From: an uncultured Verrucomicrobiae bacterium
GTDB taxonomy: Bacteria; Verrucomicrobiota; Verrucomicrobiia; Limisphaerales; Palsa-1400
Assembly (NCBI GenBank): GCA_963764165.1
Contig: CAVXRD010000002.1
Coordinates: 2,400,001-2,464,000 of the forward strand
Length of the DNA stretch: 64,000 bases
Direction: 5' to 3'
Within the stretch, counting starts at the first letter, position 1. Each line of letters opens with the position of its first letter. The notes below the pieces were generated by a model, which worked only from the letters and a program-made list of their open reading frames with translations, had not been told where the DNA came from and ran no database searches. A program made the translations under genes and the position numbers. Positions 46,716 to 57,047 of the stretch are shown here, piece by piece.

Positions 46716-47900
46716 TCAGACCGACGAAGAGTGGGTCAAAACCAAATCCCGATCCGGATCAATTCCCCATTCTTTCCCCACCGCTTCCAAATCAGGCGAC
46801 ATGCCCCAGCGGTCGGCCTCGGCCGCCGTGGTATGGCTGCGATTGGCTCCTTTGAGCGCCATGCAACCACGGTTGTTGCCTATATCCGCGAGATGCGCCA
46901 CTTCATCCGCTGTCAACGTCACATCGGGCAGCGCTGCCAGTTCGTCTGTTTTTTCTTCGACGCTTTTTTCGGCATTCGTTTCTTGAATCAATGTCGGCAC
47001 AACGGATTTAACGGGCGCCTGCGACAAATTCCAAATGCAGGCTAATTGCAGCGGCGTAAGGCCATATTTCTCGGCGACGGGGCGCATCTGATCCAATTTC
47101 ACATTGCCCGCCTCAATCCAACCAGGCGGACGAAAAGCGCGGTGATCCTGCGCGCCAAATTTGTGGCCAGCTTTGACGTCGTCGTGAAAGACGCCGCCGT
47201 AATCCACCACGCGCGTGATCAAATTAATATCATATTTGACAGCCGCGGGCAGCACGAGCTGGCCGGGCCACGGTTCGAGCGGATTGAGAATGATCATCGC
47301 CCAATCCAGCAGCGGCCCGAACCGCTCGAAACACAAAATCATGTCCAGCGTAAAACCGTTGGCGGGGCCGGGCGCGATGCCGATGCGCTCCGTCAGACCC
47401 GCTTCAATGAGCCTGCTCATGCCGTCCCAAACGCGGTCGCTGCTGTAACCAGTGGAATCGGGATTGTGCAGCAGCAGAACATCAAATTTGTCAGCGCCGC
47501 AGCGCTCCAAAGATTTCTCGGTGGCCATGCGCAGGTAATCCGCAAATTCCGGCGGCTGGCGAAGCTGGGGATCGGAAAAGCGCGGATAGCCGCGCGAACC
47601 TTGCCGGGCGCCTTTGTAAAAATCATGGCCAATAGCGCCAGCCAGACAATATTCAGAGCGCGGAATTCCCGCCAGCGCGCGGCCAAGCAAGGAATCCGCC
47701 GCGCCCGCGCCGTAAACATCCGCCGTCAGGAAGGTGCGGATGCCGCGATCAAAAGCATGGCGAACCAGCATCGTCCAGCGTTCGTCCGAGAGCGGCTCGC
47801 CGTAATTCATAAAGCGCCCGCCGTTCCAGGCGCCGAAGGCAGTCCTCGTAATGTCCATGCCGGAAAGTTTAAGCGCGGGCGGCGCGGTTGCAAACGGCAT
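46716..47900 (-). CDS. Aldo/keto reductase
   Basis: TADVYG, SLERCGADKFDVLLLHNPD and LTPLQLA motifs. Confidence 0.88.
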   Translation of the reverse strand: MPFATAPPALKLSGMDITRTAFGAWNGGRFMNYGEPLSDERWTMLVRHAFDRGIRTFLTADVYGAGAADSLLGRALAGIPRSEYCLAGAIGHDFYKGARQGSRGYPRFSDPQLRQPPEFADYLRMATEKSLERCGADKFDVLLLHNPDSTGYSSDRVWDGMSRLIEAGLTERIGIAPGPANGFTLDMILCFERFGPLLDWAMIILNPLEPWPGQLVLPAAVKYDINLITRVVDYGGVFHDDVKAGHKFGAQDHRAFRPPGWIEAGNVKLDQMRPVAEKYGLTPLQLACIWNLSQAPVKSVVPTLIQETNAEKSVEEKTDELAALPDVTLTADEVAHLADIGNNRGCMALKGANRSHTTAAEADRWGMSPDLEAVGKEWGIDPDRDLVLTHSSSV

Positions 47901-47973
47901 TTTGCGGTGCTATACCGCAGGCGGCGCATTCAGTTTATGGCACAACCAAATACCCAGGGGAATAAGTCTGATT

Positions 47974-48118
47974 CTCTCGCCCCGCCCGCGGGGAGAGGGT
48001 TAGGGAGAGGGGAACTTGGCAAAGGATATAATCTCAGACGATTGCGAAACGGACGGCGTCGAGAGGAATTTATGGGGCACCCTCTCTCCTTCCCTCTCCC
48101 TGCCTTGCAGGGCGAGAG
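47974..48118. repeat. Imperfect inverted repeat of the CCCTCTCCC/GGGAGAGGG type
   Basis: The arm at 47974-48012 pairs with 48080-48118; each arm contains its own hairpin. Confidence 0.75.
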
Positions 48119-48207
48119 CGACCACTCGTCTGCCTGCCGAGGGTTCTTCGTTCTTCAGTCTTGCCAAAAACTGAGATGCAGCCTGGCGCTGGCGATTCAA
48201 AAGCCGA

Positions 48208-51012
48208 ATGACCTTCCTTCCAATTGTTGACAGAGAGTTGCGCGAGACATCGCGGCGCGCGGCGACCTATTGGCTGCGGTGCCGGGTGGCCTTCCTCTCG
48301 ATTCTGGTGGGCGGCATCGGGTATGGCGTCAATTTCATCTATCCACCACTAAAGCTGGGGACGTTTCTTTTCTGGGGCCTTTCCGGTGTATCGATGCTGT
48401 TCTGTTTGTTCGCGGGCCGGCGCTCGACGGCGGATTGCCTGAGCCAGGAGAAGAGGGAGGGAACGCTCGGTTTGTTATTCTTGACGGATTTGAAGGGTTA
48501 CGACGTCGTCTTTGGCAAAATGGTGGGGACATCCATTTCGGCGTTTTATGCGCTCTTGACGATTCTCCCGGTCACGGCGGTGGCGCTGCTGGCGGGCGGG
48601 GTGGCCAAGGGCGAATTATGGCGGATGGCGCTCGTGTTGGTGAATGCGTTTTTCCTTTCGCTGGCCATCGGCATTTTTGCATCGTCCGTCAGCCGGCAGT
48701 ATCGGACGGCCATGGCCACGAACTTCTATGTGATGCTGATGGTCATGGGGGTTGCGACCGTGCTCACCTTCGTTTACAAAGCGGCGCCGGAGCCGCTCAA
48801 GTATTCGAGCCCCATCTACACCTTCATGCTTTGTTCCGAAAGAGTCTACAATGCGCAGGTGGTGGACTTTTGGAGATCGCTCGCGGCGACTCACGCCATC
48901 GCCTGGATGTTGACAGCGCTCGCGTGCTGGATCGTGCCAAGAACATGGGGCGACAAGCAGCCCAAACCCGCGGCGAAGAGGAGAAGTGTGCGAGAACTCG
49001 CGCGGACGTTGAATTACGGCTCGCGTGAAAAGTGCGTTGAATTTCGGAAGCGCGCCCTGGATATCAACGCCTATTTCTGGATGGCGGCCAAGGCGCGCTT
49101 GAAACCCGCGCAAGTGTGGGCCTTCCTCTTTCTCGCCGGCGTATGGTGGGCGGACGCACGATGGCGCGGCGGAGTTTTAATCATGAACTCCGAAATTCTC
49201 ATCTCCGCCGGCCTGGTGATCAATGGCACGCTGAGATTGTGGATTTTGACCGAGGCTGGGCAGGCCATGTTTGAAGATCGGAAGGGTGGCACGTTCGAAC
49301 TCATACTCGTGACGCCTCAGACAGTGCGCGACATTGTGCGCGGGCAATGGCTGGCCCTGCGCCGCCAATTTCTCTGGCCGCTGGTGGTTGTGACCTTGGT
49401 TGAACTGGAGTTCATGCGGCGTCTCCGAGGCTCGGAAGTTTATCTCTTCGGCGCGGCGGGATTAATCGTATTATGGGCCGACAGCGCCGCCATTGGATGG
49501 GTCGCGATGAATGCAGCCATGCGCCAAAAGACCCAAACGAAGGCGCTTGTCTTCACCCTCACGAGAATTCTCATTTTCCCATGGGCCCTGTTCACGATCG
49601 CCGTCTTGTCAATAGAATTGCTGCGGGAGGCGGAAATAATTCATTGGGATCTTGGAGAAAGAGCTGCCGTTTGTCTGTGGCTCGGATTGAGTGTGGGATT
49701 GGATTTAGTTTACGGCGCGGCCGCGCGCTGGCGTTTGCTCAAGGATTTTAGATCGCTCGCCCTGCCATCGGCTTATGGGGAGCCGCCCCGTCAGCCGGTC
49801 CGCGAATTTTTGAAATGGTTTTGGCGCGCCATCATTGAAAGAATGGCGCGAAGGATTCCCGCCCGGTGCAAGAAACTGGTTCTGGCGACCGGAGTCGCGG
49901 GGGCCGTGCTGGCGGTGGTGATGCTCGTGATGTGGCTGTTCGAGCCAGGGTATCCTTCAGCGGTGGAGATTGCGTTGTTGAACAACAACGGGCCGTTAAG
50001 AGTTTTCCCGGGCGGCGACAGCGGAGTTTTTTTCATTCTGCCTGATGGATCGCTGTGGCAATGGGGCAAACCCGGCGCTCCCCAATCAAAAAGGAGCGCG
50101 GCCCCGGAACAAGTCGGCGAGGATCGCGATTGGGAGAAAGTCGTGGCTGCGGGAACTCATTGTGTGGGGCTGCGAACGAACGGGACGCTGTGGGCGTGGG
50201 GTTTTAGCTTGGGCCTTTATTTCCCGGAGCCATTCGAGTTCAACAAGGAGAATGATTGGACGGATGTCGGGGTTTCGGCGCACAGCGTCATTGCTGTCAA
50301 CAGGGGAGGCAGGGCATGGGCGTGGAGCGGACCGCTTGTCGGCGACGCGCACGAGACCAACCGGCGCGCCTCTTACCTCGGTGACCGCTGGCTTCATGTG
50401 CATGGCGAGGACACCCCGGCGGGGCTGCGCACGAATGGAACGTTATGGATTGTTCACTCCGCGAACGCAGTGACACGGGTGGGAGCGGCGTCCAATTGGG
50501 TTGCGATAGAACCGGATGGCCTTTGCAGAAATCGCGATGGCGAACTTTTCGGCCCCATTCAACAAAGGGCGGGATTGGGCTACGGCGCCGACGTTGGTGG
50601 ATTAGTAAGCAAAAAGACCCCGGGCTACTACCGGCAAGCATCCCAATCGGCCTGGCTGCGGGCGGAAATTCATGGCAACGGAACTTTATGGGGCGCTCAA
50701 GGTTCGCCGGGGAAGCCGGCGGGAGCCGCCACCCAATTGGGCAAAAGGCAGGATTGGGTTGCCGTGTGGACAGTAAAAGCAACGGGATTTGGCATGACCG
50801 CTGACGGAACGGTGTGGACCTGGGGCCAGCAATTTGACAAGGATCCCGTCCGCATGAACGGATCCTTTTTAAGTGTTCTGCGTTACCGTTGGGCGGGCGC
50901 ACGGCTGGCATTTCCGGCCGGCGCCTCCGCGCAAATCCTGGCGGTGTGCGAAAAACCCCGGCCGCTTTTCAAAATGGAACCGCTGTCGACACAGGGGATG
51001 TGGATACATTAG
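48208..51012 (+). CDS. ABC-2-type permease-like protein fused to an RCC1-like beta-propeller
   Basis: The N-terminus is paralogous to 17844..19430 (DCLSQEKREGTLGLLFLTDL). C-terminal repeats DGSLWQWG, NGTLWAWG and DGTVWTWG. Confidence 0.78.
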   Translation: MTFLPIVDRELRETSRRAATYWLRCRVAFLSILVGGIGYGVNFIYPPLKLGTFLFWGLSGVSMLFCLFAGRRSTADCLSQEKREGTLGLLFLTDLKGYDVVFGKMVGTSISAFYALLTILPVTAVALLAGGVAKGELWRMALVLVNAFFLSLAIGIFASSVSRQYRTAMATNFYVMLMVMGVATVLTFVYKAAPEPLKYSSPIYTFMLCSERVYNAQVVDFWRSLAATHAIAWMLTALACWIVPRTWGDKQPKPAAKRRSVRELARTLNYGSREKCVEFRKRALDINAYFWMAAKARLKPAQVWAFLFLAGVWWADARWRGGVLIMNSEILISAGLVINGTLRLWILTEAGQAMFEDRKGGTFELILVTPQTVRDIVRGQWLALRRQFLWPLVVVTLVELEFMRRLRGSEVYLFGAAGLIVLWADSAAIGWVAMNAAMRQKTQTKALVFTLTRILIFPWALFTIAVLSIELLREAEIIHWDLGERAAVCLWLGLSVGLDLVYGAAARWRLLKDFRSLALPSAYGEPPRQPVREFLKWFWRAIIERMARRIPARCKKLVLATGVAGAVLAVVMLVMWLFEPGYPSAVEIALLNNNGPLRVFPGGDSGVFFILPDGSLWQWGKPGAPQSKRSAAPEQVGEDRDWEKVVAAGTHCVGLRTNGTLWAWGFSLGLYFPEPFEFNKENDWTDVGVSAHSVIAVNRGGRAWAWSGPLVGDAHETNRRASYLGDRWLHVHGEDTPAGLRTNGTLWIVHSANAVTRVGAASNWVAIEPDGLCRNRDGELFGPIQQRAGLGYGADVGGLVSKKTPGYYRQASQSAWLRAEIHGNGTLWGAQGSPGKPAGAATQLGKRQDWVAVWTVKATGFGMTADGTVWTWGQQFDKDPVRMNGSFLSVLRYRWAGARLAFPAGASAQILAVCEKPRPLFKMEPLSTQGMWIH

Positions 51013-51013
51013 T

Positions 51014-54000
51014 TTAGCTGCCCGTTGCGGTCGGACGTTTCAACATTCCATTGGTTTCAATGAGTCCGCCTCCCTGCACGAGCCGGGTCATCTCGGCATC
51101 GATAACAATCCGGAGTTGCGGGCTGGTTACTTTGAATCCAAGCATTCTGGCCAGAGCGGGCGGGATTTCCTTCCGGCTCGCTCCGCGCGAGATGTCTATC
51201 ACCAAAAAAATGCCCGCCCGGATTTCCGCGGGCGCAATCATCTCGGGCTTCCGCAATTCGGCGGAGGAAACCAATTCGCGGTTGCGGACGGTGACTGTTT
51301 GATTGACGACGCCTAGGAAATTGTTTTCCTGAGCGCATTTATTCGTCATCACGAGCGACCGGATGCCACTGGCGACGGCGTCCTGCACGCGGGCTCCCGC
51401 CCGGCTTAAGCCCCAGAGAATCCTCACACGATTCGTCACTTCCTCCGCATGCACCGGCCCTTCGATTTCAATAATTTTGAAAATGATTTGGGCCATATCG
51501 TTTGCGGAAACCAAATGGGGATCGATATGGCTGGGCACGGGTATGACGGCTTCGCGATAAGCAACGGCGGCTTCTTGCAGCGCGGGGCTATCCGATGCCG
51601 GCGGGGTGTCGCGCTCAACCGCTTCGCCGACGTGCCCTGCTGTGCGTATTTCCGCCGCCGCAGGTTTCTCAATCGCCAATTCGGCGATGATTTCCTCGGC
51701 GCGCAGGGCCGCATCGGCGATTTTGCGCAATTGCTCGGCGGGCCGCTGAAACCAATCGGTGCTCCAGATGCGATGCATGATCCAGCCGTGATCCTCAAGC
51801 ACAGCCTGGCGCAGGCGGTCGCGATCCCGCGCGGAGCGGGACGAATGGTAGGACGCGCCATCGCACTCGATGCCAAGCACGTAGCGGCCCGGCGTTTTCT
51901 TGTCCACCAAGGCAAGGTCAATGAAAAATCCGGCGATGCCGACTTGTGTGTGAACCTCGTATCCAAGTGTTTGAGCGGCGCGGCGGACGGATTCCTCGAA
52001 TGGCGATTGTTCCTCAAGCCCCGAGGCCGCCGCGGTGGCCAGCCGCCCGGTTTGCGCGAACGCCAGATACGTCTTCAGCGCCGCGACGCCCCTTCCACCA
52101 GCGCGGGCGAGATCAATGTCATCCGCGGCAATAGACGAGAATATCTCGCAGCATTTCTTGGCGCGGGAAATAAGCACGTTGAGCCGCCGTTCGCCGCCTT
52201 CCGCGCCCAGCGGCCCGAAACGCATGGCAAGATAGCCGTGCGCATCGCGGCCGTATCCGACAGAAATGAAAATCACATCGCGCTCATCCCCCTGGACGTT
52301 TTCGAGATTCTTGACAAAGAATGGCTCGGTGGGATGCGCGGCAAAGAACGCTTCCGTGTCGGGATTTTCGCGCCGCAGCAATTCGAGTTCGTCGTGAATC
52401 GCCTGCCGCTGGCGCACGGAAAAAGCGGCCACTCCGAGTGAAAGCGCGGGATGATTTCTCGCATGATCGATGACGGCCCGTCCCACCGCGCGCGCTTCAA
52501 TTCGGTTGGCGCCCGTCGCGCCGCTGTCAAACACACCATCGGCGATGTGATGGAGTTTCAGGCCGAATTCCCCGGCGGCCGAATAGGGGCTGGGCACGAC
52601 GAACAGGCGGTCTTCGTAAAACTCGTGGTTCGACACGGCAATCAACGAATGATGACGGCTCCGGTAATGCCATCTCAGCATTTTCTCCGGCAAACCGCGC
52701 GCCCGGCAAAGTCCAAGGATGCTTTCGATATCCTGGGCTTGCGCAACGCCATGGGTGTCCTGCTCGTCAAGTTCATCGGGAGACTCGGTTGTCAGCCGGG
52801 TGAAGAATTGCGTTGGCGGAAGCTGCTTGCTGTCGCCGACCACGACAATTTGCTTGCACCGCGCCACCGCGCCCAGCGCATCCACCGGCTGAACCTGGCT
52901 GGCCTCGTCGATCACGAGCAAATCGAACTCGGCCGCCCCGGGCTCAAGAAACTGCGCGACCGAAAGCGGGCTCATCATAAAGACCGGTTTGATGGCTTGA
53001 ACAACCGCGCCGGCATCTCGCAGCAATTTTCGAACGGTGCGATGGCCGCGCTTTCTTTCCATCTCGGCTTTGACGATGCCGGCCGCGCCCACGCCTGTGT
53101 TCGGCGGCGGCATTCGTTCAAAATGCGCCAGGAGCGTCCGATACTTCGCGAGCGAAATCCTGTCAGTGTCCAGCCGCCGGAAGTCAGTGACATGCTGCTG
53201 GTGCAAGTCTCCGTCGAACTGGCCCAGCGCGGGCTTTTTCCTTACAATGTCGCGAAGAAGCTGGCCGAAATAAATCCGGTCAAAACACACCAACACGTCT
53301 TTTGTCCCGGCGCGTCCATCCTCGAGAAGCTCGACCAGGCTCGACATTCCCTTGGCGCGGGCGGCTTTGGCGCGGAGGAAATAATTGTTCCACGGACACA
53401 AACTGTCGGAATTCGCCAGCCACATCGCGAACCGCTCCGCCAGCGAATCAAACAGGACCGCCTCAACGGTGCTGGCTCCAAAGGCCGCACCGCAATCCAG
53501 GCAAAGTTCCTGGACCAGTCCGTTCAGCTTTTCAATGGCGGCCGCTTGTCGAGCCCGCAGTTCCGTGGTCAATGCCGCGATTTTGGCCTGGTCGGTTACG
53601 GTGGCAAACATCTCCCGGAATCCGCCGCCGAGGCCCGCCTCATTCTGGCGGCGAACCCAGTCAAGTATGGACTGCGCCTGCTTCCAATCCGTCGCTTCCT
53701 GCCGCCACTGGACGCCGAAGGCGGCGGCGCCGAGAGTCTCGCTGGCGCGGATTTTCCGGAGGCACTCCTGGGCCTCCACCAGCAGATCAATCAGCGCGAG
53801 ACGCTCGGGGAAGGCTTTGGGCAGCTCGCCCGTCACGACGCCGCGGAGATGGGCCATCGCCTTGCGGTACTCGCCGCTCAGGAATCGAAAAAGCGAACGG
53901 CCGTGGGCGGCAATTTGCAGGCGCGCCGGGGATGAATCCATCTCGAGCGCCTTGGGAATGACCTGGCTGCCCAGCCGTTCGCGGATGCCAATAAATTTTT

Positions 54001-55783
54001 TCCCGAGCGCGACGAGATCTTCAAGCCCGCCCATGCCCGCGTTCCAAACGCCGTTGCAGAGGGCGTGCTTGTCCAGTTTGGGAGCCTGCGCCACATAATC
54101 GCCGATGATTTGCTGCTCTTCAGTCTCGGCGAGGTTGACCGGGGCGGGTTGGCCCATTTCTGTAGCCAACTTCACGGAGATTCCGCGCAGAGCCTTCAAC
54201 GCGCGGTCAGCCTCGCGAATGCGATTCAGCAGCGGTTCAATGTCAATGTTTAGAATGGTTTCCCGCTGGACGCCGCGCCATGGATGCTTTACCGGCAAAC
54301 CGATTTGCTCAATGCGCTGGGCCAATTCCGTCACCAGCGCCCGATGCGTCGCACGGTGATCGTTGGTCCATTGCTCCAATCCTTCAAAGCTCAGACCGGC
54401 GGCTTGCAGTCCGCTTTTCTCCAGCGCCGCGCAGTGCCCGATCACTTGGAACGGAGTCAGGCCGCTGGCCTCGTGTTTCTCGTGAAGGGAATGGGCGTGG
54501 TCGTTCAGGACCGTTCGTTTGTCTTCCAGCTTTGAGACAAGCCCGTCGGGATGGAGCGGGCGCGGGCGGCCAAGTTTCCACGTTCGCCCAATTTCCTCGA
54601 TGACGACGCGCTTGTTTGATTTGTTGCTGTGCAGTTCCAGCGCCAGCGCCCCGAGGCCTTCGCGCTCAAGCCTTCGTTTGACAACCTCAAGCGCGGCCAG
54701 TTTTTCGGCGACGAACAAAACTCGTTTTCCCGCCAGCACCGCCGTGGCGATGATATTTGTGATGGACTGGCTTTTGCCTGTACCCGGCGGGCCTTGAATG
54801 ACCAGGCTCCGGCCCGCGCGAACCGCTTCGATGGCAAGCGTTTGTGTTCCGTCGGCATCAACGACGTGGTCGAGATGGGAAGCCGGAACGAGCTGATCAA
54901 TGTCCACGTCGTCCGCGAAGAGCGGTTCCGAACTCGGGAATCCATCTTGCAGAAGGCCGCTTACGAAGGGCTGCTTGAGCAGCATGTCCGGGTTGGGCCA
55001 GTTCCGGGCATCCAAGTCCCGATACATTAAAAACTTTGCGAACGAGAAAAATCCCAGCGTCATCTCGTTCTCTGAAACTTCCCAGTTCGGCGCTTTGGCG
55101 GCGGCCGCCCGCACCGCCGCAAAATAGTTTGACGGGTTGAGGCTCTCCTCGTCAGGGAAGGCGGGCAGGTCGACGTCAAAATCCTTTTTGAGCCGCGCGC
55201 GAAGCGACAAATTTTCTTCAATATCGTCGCCATTATATTTGACAAGAAATCGGTCCGTGGCGCTTTTTCGGCTCAGCGCCACCGGGATCAATAACAGCGG
55301 CGCGTAACGGGGGCTTCCCGCATCCGCCGCCTCGAACCATTTCAAATGCCCGAGGACGAGATAGAGAACATTGACACCCTGCTCCTCGATCATCGCCCGG
55401 GCGTCGTGATGCAAATCAAACAGCCGCCGCTGAAGGCCTTCGGGAGAAAGTGATGTCTGCAAGCGCGAATCAACATGCCGCCTGGCCAATCCCGTTTTGT
55501 CATCCTTCGCTTCATCCGGTTGAGGCAGGCCGGCTTCATCGGAATCCTCGTCTGTCCGTTTCGAGCTTGACTGCCGTGTTGAGCTTGAAGGGCGCCCGGG
55601 CGCGAAACTGAAGGACTTCTCCTCGGTTACGAGCAGCCGAAAAACCTCCGTGCTCAATTCGTCTCGGATTTGAATGATGCGGGCGGAAGGGGAATCGACA
55701 GGAATCGAGAGAAGGCGATTGCGCGTGGACAGGTCAAGAAGCTCGGTCCGGCTCTTGTTCAAAAGCTCTTCGGTGGTGAGCAT
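51014..55783 (-). CDS. DUF4011 + SF1 (DNA2/NAM7-like) helicase + Vsr-like nuclease + DUF3320-like protein (Hhe-like defence architecture)
   Basis: LLDLSTRNRLL, QGPPGTGKSQ, DEASQ, GDSKQLPP, WHYRS, ENVQGDERD and GIECDGASYH..RIWSTDW motifs. Confidence 0.88.
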   Translation of the reverse strand: MLTTEELLNKSRTELLDLSTRNRLLSIPVDSPSARIIQIRDELSTEVFRLLVTEEKSFSFAPGRPSSSTRQSSSKRTDEDSDEAGLPQPDEAKDDKTGLARRHVDSRLQTSLSPEGLQRRLFDLHHDARAMIEEQGVNVLYLVLGHLKWFEAADAGSPRYAPLLLIPVALSRKSATDRFLVKYNGDDIEENLSLRARLKKDFDVDLPAFPDEESLNPSNYFAAVRAAAAKAPNWEVSENEMTLGFFSFAKFLMYRDLDARNWPNPDMLLKQPFVSGLLQDGFPSSEPLFADDVDIDQLVPASHLDHVVDADGTQTLAIEAVRAGRSLVIQGPPGTGKSQSITNIIATAVLAGKRVLFVAEKLAALEVVKRRLEREGLGALALELHSNKSNKRVVIEEIGRTWKLGRPRPLHPDGLVSKLEDKRTVLNDHAHSLHEKHEASGLTPFQVIGHCAALEKSGLQAAGLSFEGLEQWTNDHRATHRALVTELAQRIEQIGLPVKHPWRGVQRETILNIDIEPLLNRIREADRALKALRGISVKLATEMGQPAPVNLAETEEQQIIGDYVAQAPKLDKHALCNGVWNAGMGGLEDLVALGKKFIGIRERLGSQVIPKALEMDSSPARLQIAAHGRSLFRFLSGEYRKAMAHLRGVVTGELPKAFPERLALIDLLVEAQECLRKIRASETLGAAAFGVQWRQEATDWKQAQSILDWVRRQNEAGLGGGFREMFATVTDQAKIAALTTELRARQAAAIEKLNGLVQELCLDCGAAFGASTVEAVLFDSLAERFAMWLANSDSLCPWNNYFLRAKAARAKGMSSLVELLEDGRAGTKDVLVCFDRIYFGQLLRDIVRKKPALGQFDGDLHQQHVTDFRRLDTDRISLAKYRTLLAHFERMPPPNTGVGAAGIVKAEMERKRGHRTVRKLLRDAGAVVQAIKPVFMMSPLSVAQFLEPGAAEFDLLVIDEASQVQPVDALGAVARCKQIVVVGDSKQLPPTQFFTRLTTESPDELDEQDTHGVAQAQDIESILGLCRARGLPEKMLRWHYRSRHHSLIAVSNHEFYEDRLFVVPSPYSAAGEFGLKLHHIADGVFDSGATGANRIEARAVGRAVIDHARNHPALSLGVAAFSVRQRQAIHDELELLRRENPDTEAFFAAHPTEPFFVKNLENVQGDERDVIFISVGYGRDAHGYLAMRFGPLGAEGGERRLNVLISRAKKCCEIFSSIAADDIDLARAGGRGVAALKTYLAFAQTGRLATAAASGLEEQSPFEESVRRAAQTLGYEVHTQVGIAGFFIDLALVDKKTPGRYVLGIECDGASYHSSRSARDRDRLRQAVLEDHGWIMHRIWSTDWFQRPAEQLRKIADAALRAEEIIAELAIEKPAAAEIRTAGHVGEAVERDTPPASDSPALQEAAVAYREAVIPVPSHIDPHLVSANDMAQIIFKIIEIEGPVHAEEVTNRVRILWGLSRAGARVQDAVASGIRSLVMTNKCAQENNFLGVVNQTVTVRNRELVSSAELRKPEMIAPAEIRAGIFLVIDISRGASRKEIPPALARMLGFKVTSPQLRIVIDAEMTRLVQGGGLIETNGMLKRPTATGS

Positions 55784-56130
55784 ATGGCCATTGGTCTCGC
55801 GCCGCGCAGTATACCGATCAAGCCGCCGACATCAACCCAGACCTTTGAAATTAAACAGAAGGAAAGTCGAGAGAACAGGGAAAGATGCGCAAACGAAGGA
55901 GGGCAGGTGTGAGGCAAAATTCTTCATCCCGCGTTGTCTTCCAGCGCCTACGGCGCTTCGGTGATCCTGGATTTTCCCGCGCGCCTGGCAATTCTTCCCG
56001 CGCCTGTCCATTTCCTGGATACTCTGACGGGGGAAACAATGCTCAATGAAGAATTTTTCTCACACTCCGGGCGGCCATGCCCCTCACATTCCAATTGACA
56101 AATGTTGTGCAGAAGGAATAACATCCGCCC

Positions 56131-57003
56131 ATGGCAGCACTGGCCTCCGTTCCATTTTATCGCAAAAACCGCGGCTTTACCTTGATTGAGCTCTTGGTGG
56201 TCATCGCCATCATCGCCATTCTCGCCGCTTTGCTCCTGCCGTCTCTAGCCCACGCGAAGACCCAGGCGCAGGGCGTTGGCTGCATGAACAATTCCAAGCA
56301 ACTTACCCTGGCGTGGCGGCTTTATACGGACGACAACCGGCAAATACTGCCTTTTGGGTATTCTGCGACCGCTTTCCCGACCGAAGTTTGGTCCGGGCCG
56401 TCCGGGGCACCCTTGGACGAAAGCGAAAATTTAACCGACACGGGAAATTGGGATCCGATCGACACCATCGAGAAAGGCTGCATCTGGCCGTATTGCGCGA
56501 AATCGTTGGGAATTTGGCGTTGCCCAGCCGACACTTCGATCGGCCAAAACCCGCAGGGGCAGAAGGTGCCGAGGCCTCGCAGTTACTCGATGTGCAACTG
56601 GGTTGGCGGCGATGGTGATTCCCCTAGCGACGGCTACAAAAATGGCTGGGGTGCCGCCGTGCCATTCACTGTAGTCCGCAAGATGAGCGATTTCATAACG
56701 CCGGCACAGACATTTGTGCTGCTGGATGAGCAGGAACGATCGATGAATGACGGCTTTTTTTGCGTGCAGATTACGGACTGGACAGATACTCCGAACAGCA
56801 GCGAGGAAATTTACGATTACCCGGCGTCAAGGCACAATAACGCTTGCGGCTTTGCTTTTGCGGACGGTCATTCGGAAAACCATCAGTGGAAAGAATCCAA
56901 GATTCTTACCCCCCCGACTCCTATCGCCTCCCAGGCAGTTCCCAACAGCAAAGACTTCTTCTGGCTGCAATTGCACACGACGGTGACGCCCGTAAAGCTC
57001 TAA
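56131..57003 (+). CDS. Prepilin-type N-terminal cleavage protein with an H-X9-DG domain
   Basis: [23 protein letters not shown] at the N-terminus and [13 protein letters not shown] near the C-terminus. Confidence 0.92.
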   Translation: MAALASVPFYRKNRGFTLIELLVVIAIIAILAALLLPSLAHAKTQAQGVGCMNNSKQLTLAWRLYTDDNRQILPFGYSATAFPTEVWSGPSGAPLDESENLTDTGNWDPIDTIEKGCIWPYCAKSLGIWRCPADTSIGQNPQGQKVPRPRSYSMCNWVGGDGDSPSDGYKNGWGAAVPFTVVRKMSDFITPAQTFVLLDEQERSMNDGFFCVQITDWTDTPNSSEEIYDYPASRHNNACGFAFADGHSENHQWKESKILTPPTPIASQAVPNSKDFFWLQLHTTVTPVKL

Positions 57004-57047
57004 GTCGCGAAGCGCGGTAGCGCGTCGATAGGCGTCCCTCAGACACG

